This document shows positions 1 through 8,300 of a stretch of 41,254 nt of DNA, in pieces. This stretch comes from a bacterium (GTDB lineage: Bacteria > SAR324 > NAC60-12). The DNA lies in NCBI GenBank assembly GCA_965233585.1, contig CBDDTI010000195.1, positions 1 to 41,254 on the forward strand, read 5' to 3'. The first letter of the stretch is position 1; each line of letters opens with the position of its first letter. Below the pieces are notes generated by a model. It was not told the origin of the DNA, ran no database searches, and was given only the letters and a program-made list of their open reading frames with translations. Position numbers and translations under genes: made by a program.

Positions 1-125
1 AGTCGGCTTCCATGTGAATGATTGTATTGAATGCTTTACTGCCCCTTGTTGGCCCCCCTTGCCCCTCTAGACTCCTACCGAAGTTTTCGGCCCAGAAAGA
101 ACATGAATTATGTTTTTTTCAGTCG

Positions 126-164
126 ATCCCGTTATTAATTAATAGTATTAATTTAAAACGGGAT
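126..164. other. AT-rich stem-loop/dyad, possible rolling-circle origin-like hairpin; one per monomer
   Basis: ATCCCGTT (126-133) pairs with AACGGGAT (157-164). The inner AATTAATA-G-TATTAATT (137-153) is a perfect dyad, and TAGTATTAA lies at 143-151. The structure is seen directly; the origin function is inference. Confidence 0.6.
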
Positions 165-281
165 GGAGTAAGAATCTGCTTAGGGAAAGATGTGGAAAGG
201 TGAAGTATTGAAGGCTTTCTTACTCCGCCATCGTTTCGATATCGTGTCAATTACATTGGGTAATTGAATTAAAACATGCCA

Positions 282-308
282 CGGAGTAGCGGAGTAGCGC
301 GGAGTAGC
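282..308 (+). repeat. GGAGTAGC short tandem repeat (3 copies; 2 copies in some monomers)
   Basis: GGAGTAGC at 283-290, 291-298 and 301-308, with an inverted copy TACTCCGC at 221-228 and GGAGTA at 165-170. Confidence 0.93.
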
Positions 309-403
309 GACGGATTGGTGAATGTTGCCTGGGTGGTGCTGCATTGCAATCGCCGCATTGGAGCTAAGGAACGGAGACAGCTGATACCACATGTGCGCTT
401 TCA

Positions 404-462
404 GGTTCCATTTCTGGGGCCGGAAAGTCAATTGAAATCAGGCTTCGCATGTGCGGGCCTCC
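404..462 (+). repeat. Left arm of a 59-bp imperfect inverted repeat bracketing the module(s); one per monomer
   Basis: Ungapped alignment to the reverse complement of 1132-1190 gives 41/59 identities by hand count, including TTCTGGG, CCGGAAA, GGCTTCGC and GGGCCTCC at identical spacing. Confidence 0.85.
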
Positions 463-896
463 TCTGTTCCAACTCTATATGCTTGTTGCTTAACTAAACG
501 CAGTTGTCATTTTTTGTTTGTTGCACGGGTCGGCCTTTGCTGTTGATTTTGCGATTTTGCGGTCTCATTTTTGGTACCGCCAGACGGTCCCAAAAATGGG
601 ACCGTTAAAGTGCTTTTCTTCTATTCTTTTACTAAGCTGTGCATGCGGTCCCAAAAATGGGACCGCCAGGGACCGCCAGGCGGTCCCATTTTTGGGACCG
701 TGTTTAGGTTCATTTTTTGAAGTTTTTTGTATCAAGGTTGCAGAAGTGCAACGTTTTGGTTTCAATGAACCTTTTTGGCTTATGGCGACCGGAAGGGCAA
801 CTGTTCCAACTCTATATGCTTGTTGCTTAACTAAACGCAGTTGTCATTTTTTGTTTGTTGCACGGGTCGGCCTTTGCTGTTGATTTTGCGATTTTG

Positions 897-941
897 CGGT
901 CTCATTTTTGGTACCGCCAGACGGTCCCAAAAATGGGACCG
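897..941. repeat. 45-bp degenerate nested palindrome (doublet 1); one per module
   Basis: CGGTCTCATTTTTGGTACCGCC-A-GACGGTCCCAAAAATGGGACCG has 22-bp arms with 3 mismatches. Its loop order (T-loop then A-loop) is opposite to doublet 2. Confidence 0.93.
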
Positions 942-982
942 TGAAAGTGCTTTTCTTCTATTCTTTTACTAAGCTGTGCATG

Positions 983-1027
983 CGGTCCCAAAAATGGGAC
1001 CGCCAGGCGGTCCCATTTTTGGGACCG
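983..1027. repeat. 45-bp nested palindrome (doublet 2); one per module
   Basis: CGGTCCCAAAAATGGGACCGCC-A-GGCGGTCCCATTTTTGGGACCG has 22-bp perfect inverted arms and a 1-nt spacer. Each arm itself contains an 8-bp stem with a 4-nt loop. Confidence 0.97.
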
Positions 1028-1131
1028 TGTTTAGGTTCATTTTTTGAAGTTTTTTGTATCAAGGTTGCAGAAGCGCAACGTTTTGGTTTCAATGAACCTT
1101 TTTGGCTTATGGCGACCGGAAGGGTAACTAG

Positions 1132-1190
1132 GGAGGCCCTTTTGAGCGAAGCCGGTTTTGAGAAGCTTTTCCGGACCCAGAATTGGGTCC
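1132..1190 (-). repeat. Right arm of the 59-bp imperfect inverted repeat; one per monomer
   Basis: Its reverse complement GGACCCAATTCTGGGTCCGGAAAAGCTTCTCAAAACCGGCTTCGCTCAAAAGGGCCTCC aligns without gaps to 404-462. Confidence 0.85.
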
Positions 1191-3629
1191 GTCGGAGCAA
1201 GCTGTTTTGTAGATGATTTTGTTTCTTGTTGGGGCAAGCGGGGTGCATATCGGTTGCTGCTTGAACCCAGTTGAAGGATGTTGAAGGTAGGCTTTTTATG
1301 ATTTCGTTTCGTCTGGTGGCTTGATTGTTTGCTGCTAAAAGCAGCCTTTTGCAGCCTTAGGTGATTGCTTGAAGTGTTTCTTGCTGTTGCGGAGTTTGTG
1401 GGTTTTCGCGCAGGCAGTCGGCTTCCATTTGAATGATTGTATTGAATACTTTACTGCCCCTTGTTGGCCCCCTTGCCCCTCTAGACTCCTACCGAAGTTT
1501 TCGGCCCAGAAAGAACATGAATTATGTTTTTTTCAGTCGATCCCGTTATTAATTAATAGTATTAATTTAAAACGGGATGGAGTAAGAATCTGCTTAGGGA
1601 AAGATGTGGAAAGGTGAAGTATTGAAGGCTTTCTTACTCCGCCATCGTTTCGATATCGTGTCAATTACATTGGGTAATTGAATTAAAACATACCACGGAG
1701 TAGCGGAGTAGCGCGGAGTAGCGACGGATTGGTGAATGTTGCCTGGGTGGTGCTGCATTGCAATCGCCGCATTGGAGCTAAGGAACGGAGACAGCTGATA
1801 CCACATGTGCGCTTTCAGGTTCCATTTCTGGGGCCGGAAAGTCAATTGAAATCAGGCTTCGCATGTGCGGGCCTCCTCTGTTCCAACTCTATATGCTTGT
1901 TGCTTAACTAAACGCAGTTGTCATTTTTTGTTTGTTGCACGGGTCGGCCTTTGCTGTTGATTTTGCGATTTTGCGGTCTCATTTTTGGTACCGCCAGACG
2001 GTCCCAAAAATGGGACCGTGAAAGTGCTTTTCTTCTATTCTTTTACTAAGCTGTGCATGCGGTCCCAAAAATGGGACCGCCAGGCGGTCCCATTTTTGGG
2101 ACCGTGTTTAGGTTCATTTTTTTGAAGTTTTTTGTATCAAGGTTGCAGAAGCGCAACATTTTGGTTTCAATGAACCTTTTTGGCTTATGGCGACCGGAAG
2201 GGCAACTGTTCCAACTCTATATGCTTGTTGCTTAACTAAACGCAGTTGTCATTTTTTGTTTGTTGCACGGGTCGGCCTTTGCTGTTGATTTTGCGATTTT
2301 GCGGTCTCATTTTTGGTACCGCCAGACGGTCCCAAAAATGGGACCGTGAAAGTGCTTTTATTCTTTTACTAAGCTGTGCATGCGGTCCCAAAAATGGGAC
2401 CGCCAAGCGGTCCCATTTTTGGGACCGTGTTTAGGTTCATTTTTTGAAGTTTTTTGTATCAAGGTTGCAGAAGCGCAACGTTTTTGGTTTCAATGAACCT
2501 TTTTGGCTTATGGCGACCGGAAGGGTAACTAGGGAGGCCCTTTTGAGCGAAGCCGGTTTTGAGAAGCTTTTCCGGACCCAGAATTGGGTCCGTCGGAGCA
2601 AGCTGTTTTGTAGATGATTTTGTTTCTTGTTGGGGCAAGCGGGGTGCATATCGGTTGCTGCTTGAACCCAGTTGAAGGATGTTGAAGGTAGCTTTTTATG
2701 ATTTCGTTTCGTCTGGTGGCTTGATTGTTTGCTGCTAAAAGCGGCCTTTTGCAGCCTTAGGTGATTGCTTGAAGTGTTTCTTGCTGTTGCGGAGTTTGTG
2801 GGTTTTCGCGCAGGCAGTCGGCTTCCATTTGAATGATTGTATTGAATACTTTACTGCCCCTTGTTGGCCCCCCTTGCCCCTCTAGACTCCTACCGAAGTT
2901 TTCGGCCCAGAAAGAACATGAATTATGTTTTTTTCAGTCGATCCCGTTATTAATTAATAGTATTAATTTAAAACGGGATGGAGTAAGAATCTGCTTAGGG
3001 AAAGATGTGGAAAGGTGAAGTATTGAAGGCTTTCTTACTCCGCCATCGTTTCGATATCGTGTCAATTACATTGGGTAATTGAATTAAAACATACCACGGA
3101 GTAGCGGAGTAGCGCGGAGTAGCGACGGATTGGTGAATGTTGCCTGGGTGGTGCTGCATTGCAATCGCCGCATTGGAGCTAAGGAACGGAGACAGCTGAT
3201 ACCACATGTGCGCTTTCAGGTTCCATTTCTGGGGCCGGAAAGTCAATTGAAATCAGGCTTCGCATGTGCGGGCCTCCTCTGTTCCAACTCTATATGCTTG
3301 TTGCTTAACTAAACGCAGTTGTCATTTTTTGTTTGTTGCACGGGTCGGCCTTTGCTGTTGATTTTGCGATTTTGCGGTCTCATTTTTGGTACCGCCAGAC
3401 GGTCCCAAAAATGGGACCGTGAAAGTGCTTTTCTTCTATTCTTTTACTAAGCTGCATGCGGTCCCAAAAATGGGACCGCCAGGCGGTCCCATTTTTGGGA
3501 CCGCCAGGCGTGTTTAGGTTCATTTTTTGAAGTTTTTTGTATCAAGGTTGCAGAAGCGCAACGTTTTGGTTTCAATGAACCTTTTTGGCTTATGGCGACC
3601 GGAAGGGTAACTAGGGAGGCCCTTTTGAG

Positions 3630-5336
3630 TGAAGCCGGTTTTGAGAATGTTTTCCGGACCCAGAATTGGGTCTGTCGGAGCAAGCTGTTTTGTAGATGAT
3701 TTTGTTTCTGGTTGGGGCAAGCGGGGTGCATATCGGTTGCTGCTTGAACCCACTTGAAGTTAGCTTCTTATTATTTCGTTGCGTCTGGTGGCTTGATTGT
3801 TTGCCGCTAAAAGAAGGCCCATCAGCCTTTTGCAGCCCTTAGGTGATTGCTTGAGGTGTTTCTTGCTGTTGCGGAGTTTGTGGGTTTTCGCGCAGGTGGC
3901 CGGCTTCCATTTGAATGATTGTATTGAATACTCTACTGCCCCTTGTTGGCCCCCCTTGCCCCTCTAGACTCCTACCGAAGTTTTCAGCCCAGAAAGAAGA
4001 TGAATCATGATCTTTTCAGTCAATCCCGTTATTAATTAATAGTATAAATTTAAAACGGGATGGAGTAGGAATCTGCTTAGGAAAAGATGTGGGAAGGTGA
4101 AGTATTGAAGGCTTTCTTACTCCGCCATCGTTTCGATACCGTGTCAATTACATTGGGTAATTGAATTAAAACATAGCACGGAGTAGCGCGGAGTAGCGAA
4201 GGATTGGTGAATGTTGCCTGGGTGTTGCTGCATCGCAAATCGCCACATTGGAGCTAGGGAACGGAGACAGCTGATACCACATGTGCGCTTTCAGGTTCCA
4301 TTTCTGGGGCCGGAAAGTCAATTGAAATCAGGCTTCGCATGTGCGGGCCTCCTCTGTTCCAAATCTATATGCTGATTGCTTAAGTAAACCTAGTTGTAAT
4401 GTTTTTGTTTGTTGCAAGGGTCGGCCTTTGCTGTGGATTTTGCGATTTTGCGGTCTCATTTTTGGTACCGCCAGACGGTCCCAAAAATGGGACCGTGAAA
4501 GTGCTTTTCTTTTGTTCTTTTACTAAGCTGCGCATGCGGTCCCAAAAATGGGACCGCCAGGCGGTCCCATTTTTGGGACCGTATTTAGGTTCATTTTTTG
4601 AAGTTTTTTGTATCAAGGTTGCAGAAGCGCAAAGTTTTGGTTTCAATGAAACTTTGTGGCTTATGGCGACCGGAAGGGCAACTAGGGAGGCCCTTTTGAG
4701 TGAAGCCGGTTTTGAGAAGGTTTTCCGGACCCAGAATTGGGTCTGTCGGAGCAAGCTGTTTTGTAGATGATTTTGTTTCTGGTTGGGGCAAGCGGGGTGC
4801 ATATCGGTTGCTGCTTGAACCTACTTGAAGTTAGCTTCTTATTATTTCGTTGCGTCTGGTGGCTTGATTGTTTGCCGCTAAAAGAAGGCCCATCAGCCTT
4901 TTGCAGCCCTTAGGTGATTGCTTGAGGTGTTTCTTGCTGTTGCGGAGTTTGTGGGTTTTCGCGCAGGTGGCCGGCTTCCATTTGAATGATTGTATTGAAT
5001 ACTCTACTGCCCCTTGTTGGCCCCCCTTGCCCCTCTAGACTCCTACCGAAGTTTTCAGCCCAGAAAGAAGATGAATCATGATCTTTTCAGTCAATCCCGT
5101 TATTAATTAATAGTATAAATTTAAAACGGGATGGAGTAGGAATCTGCTTAGGAAAAGATGTGGGAAGGTGAAGTATTGAAGGCTTTCTTACTCCGCCATC
5201 GTTTCGATACCGTGTCAATTACATTGGGTAATTGAATTAAAACATAGCACGGAGTAGCGGAGTAGCGCGGAGTAGCGAAGGATTGGTGAATGTTGCCTGG
5301 GTGTTGCTGCATCGCAAATCGCCACATTGGAGCTAG
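3630..5336. repeat. Diverged subfamily block (~1.6 monomers)
   Basis: The monomer 3898-4968 differs from the majority type at roughly 55 sites by hand count (~5%). Examples: AAAAGAAGGCCCATCAGCC, GAAGATGAATCATGATC, TAGTATAAAT and a single TTGAAG instead of the GTTGAAGG duplication. Confidence 0.93.
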
Positions 5337-8300
5337 GGAACGGAGACAGCTGATACCACATGTGCGCTTTCAGGTTCCATTTCTGGGGCCGGAAAGTCAA
5401 TTGAAATCAGGCTTCGCATGTGCGGGCCTCCTCTGTTCCAACTCTATATGCTTGTTGCTTAACTAAACGCAGTTGTCATTTTTTGTTTGTTGCACGGGTC
5501 GGCCTTTGCTGTTGATTTTGCGATTTTGCGGTCTCATTTTTGGTACCGCCAGACGGTCCCAAAAATGGGACCGTGAAAGTGCTTTTCTTCTATTCTTTTA
5601 CTAAGCTGTGCATGCGGTCCCAAAAATGGGACCGCCAGGCGGTCCCATTTTTGGGACCGTGTTTAGGTTCATTTTTTGAAGTTTTTTGTATCAAGGTTGC
5701 AGAAGCGCAACGTTTTGGTTTCAATGAACCTTTTTGGCTTATGGCGACCGGAAGGGTAACTAGGGAGGCCCTTTTTGAGCGAAGCCGGTTCTGAGAAGCT
5801 TTTCCGGACCCAGAATTGGGTCGAATTGGGTCCGTCGGAGCAAGCTGTTTTGTAGATGATTTTGTTTCTTGTTGGGGCAAGCGGGGTGCATATCGGTTGC
5901 TGCTTGAACCCAGTTGAAGGATGTTGAAGGTAGCTTTTTATGATTTCGTTTCGTCTGGTGGCTTGATTGTTTGCTGCTAAAAGCAGCCTTTTGCAGCCTT
6001 AGGTGATTGCTTGAAGTGTTTCTTGCTGTTGCGGAGTTTGTGGGTTTTCGCGCAGGCAGTCGGCTTCCATTTGAATGATTGTATTGAATACTTTACTGCC
6101 CCTTGTTGGCCCCCCTTGCCCCTCTAGACTCCTACCGAAGTTTTCGGCCCAGAAAGAACATGAATTATGTTTTTTTCAGTCGATCCCGTTATTAATTAAT
6201 AGTATTAATTTAAAACGGGATGGAGTAAGAATCTGCTTAGGGAAAGATGTGGAAAGGTGAAGTATTGAAGGCTTTCTTACTCCGCCATCGTTTCGATATC
6301 GTGTCAATTACATTGGGTAATTGAATTAAAACATACCACGGAGTAGCGGAGTAGCGCGGAGTAGCGACGGATTGGTGAATGTTGCCTGGGTGGTGCTGCA
6401 TTGCAATCGCCGCATTGGAGCTAAGGAACGGAGACAGCTGATACCACATGTGCGCTTTCAGGTTCCATTTCTGGGGCCGGAAAGTCAATTGAAATCAGGC
6501 TTCGCATGTGCGGGCCTCCTCTGTTCCAACTCTATATGCTTGTTGCTTAACTAAACGCAGTTGTCATTTTTTGTTTGTTGCACGGGTCGGCCTTTGCTGT
6601 TGATTTTGCGATTTTGCGGTCTCATTTTTGGTACCGCCAGACGGTCCCAAAAATGGGACCGTGAAAGTGCTTTTCTTCTATTCTTTTACTAAGCTGTGCA
6701 TGCGGTCCCAAAAATGGGACCGCCAGGCGGTCCCATTTTTGGGACCGTGTTTAGGTTCATTTTTTGAAGTTTTTTGTATCAAGGTTGCAGAAGCGCAACG
6801 TTTTGGTTTCAATGAACCTTTTTGGCTTATGGCGACCGGAAGGGTAACTAGGGAGGCCCTTTTGAGCGAAGCCGGTTTTGAGAAGCTTTTCCGGACCCAG
6901 AATTGGGTCCGTCGAATTGGGTCCGTCGGAGCAAGCTGTTTTGTAGATGATTTTGTTTCTTGTTGGGGCAAGCGGGGTGCATATCGGTTGCTGCTTGAAC
7001 CCAGTTGAAGGATGTTGAAGGTAGCTTTTTATGATTTCGTTTCGTCTGGTGGCTTGATTGTTTGCTGCTAAAAGCAGCCTTTTGCAGCCTTAGGTGATTG
7101 CTTGAAGTGTTTCTTGCTGTTGCGGAGTTTGTGGGTTTTCGCGCAGGCAGTCGGCTTCCATTTGAATGATTGTATTGAATACTTTACTGCCCCTTGTTGG
7201 CCCCCCTTGCCCCTCTAGACTCCTACCGAAGTTTTCGGCCCAGAAAGAACATGAATTATGTTTTTTTCAGTCGATCCCGTTATTAATTAATAGTATTAAT
7301 TTAAAACGGGATGGAGTAAGAATCTGCTTAGGGAAAGATGTGGAAAGGTGAAGTATTGAAGGCTTTCTTACTCCGCCATCGTTTCGATATCGTGTCAATT
7401 ACATTGGGTAATTGAATTAAAACATACCACGGAGTAGCGGAGTAGTGCGGAGTAGCGACGGATTGGTGAATGTTGCCTGGGTGGTGCTGCATTGCAATCG
7501 CCGCATTGGAGCTAAGGAACGGAGACAGCTGATACCACATGTGCGCTTTCAGGTTCCATTTCTGGGGCCGGAAAGTCAATTGAAATCAGGCTTCGCATGT
7601 GCGGGCCTCCTCTGTTCCAACTCTATATGCTTGTTGCTTAACTAAACGCAGTTGTCATTTTTTGTTTGTTGCACGGGTCGGCCTTTGCTGTTGATTTTGC
7701 GATTTTGCGGTCTCATTTTTGGTACCGCCAGACGGTCCCAAAAATGGGACCGTGAAAGTGCTTTTCTTCTATTCTTTTACTAAGCTGTGCATGCGGTCCC
7801 AAAAATGGGACCGCCAGGCGGTCCCATTTTTGGGACCGTGTTTAGGTTCATTTTTTGAAGTTTTTTGTATCAAGGTTGCAGAAGCGCAACGTTTTGGTTT
7901 CAATGAACCTTTTTGGCTTATGGCGACCGGAAGGGTAACTAGGGAGGCCCTTTTGAGCGAAGCCGGTTTTGAGAAGCTTTTCCGGACCCAGAATTGGGTC
8001 CGTCGAATTGGGTCCGTCGGAGCAAGCTGTTTTGTAGATGATTTTGTTTCTTGTTGGGGCAAGCGGGGTGCATATCGGTTGCTGCTTGAACCCAGTTGAA
8101 GGATGTTGAAGGTAGCTTTTTATGATTTCGTTTCGTCTGGTGGCTTGATTGTTTGCTGCTAAAAGCAGCCTTTTGCAGCCTTAGGTGATTGCTTGAAGTG
8201 TTTCTTGCTGTTGCGGAGTTTGTGGGTTTTCGCGCAGGCAGTCGGCTTCCATTTGAATGATTGTATTGAATACTTTACTGCCCCTTGTTGGCCCCCCTTG

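Noticed and set aside
256..265. Minus-strand AATTACCCAA matching part of the nematode SL1 leader (GGTTTAATTACCCAAGTTTGAG)
   Set aside because: Only 10 nt match, the flanks disagree and no AG|GT follows. The dinoflagellate leader CCGTAGCCATTTTGGCTCAAG is also absent, so this is not an SL RNA array.
381..441. Hammerhead ribozyme/retrozyme monomer
   Set aside because: The CTGA occurrences read CTGATAC (+) and CTGATTT (-), not the CTGANGA core.
923..940. Hairpins as intrinsic terminators or plant TCP-binding sites (GGNCCC)
   Set aside because: There is no upstream gene and no consistent U-tract after the stems. The host is unknown and the TCP core is too short to be informative.
897..1027. CRISPR-like palindromic repeats
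   Set aside because: The intervening sequences are identical between copies rather than unique spacers, spacing is irregular, orientation alternates, and there are no cas genes.
1127..1147. Helitron 3' end on the minus strand (weak GCTC-AAAA-GGGC hairpin then CTAG|T), coinciding with the module boundary
   Set aside because: The hairpin is only 4 bp with a wobble and sits too close to CTAG, and no matching A|TC 5' end could be assigned.
1..1415. 5S rRNA, tRNA or snRNA tandem gene array
   Set aside because: I could not see 5S, tRNA A/B-box or U-snRNA consensus sequence on either strand. An Rfam scan would be the formal test.
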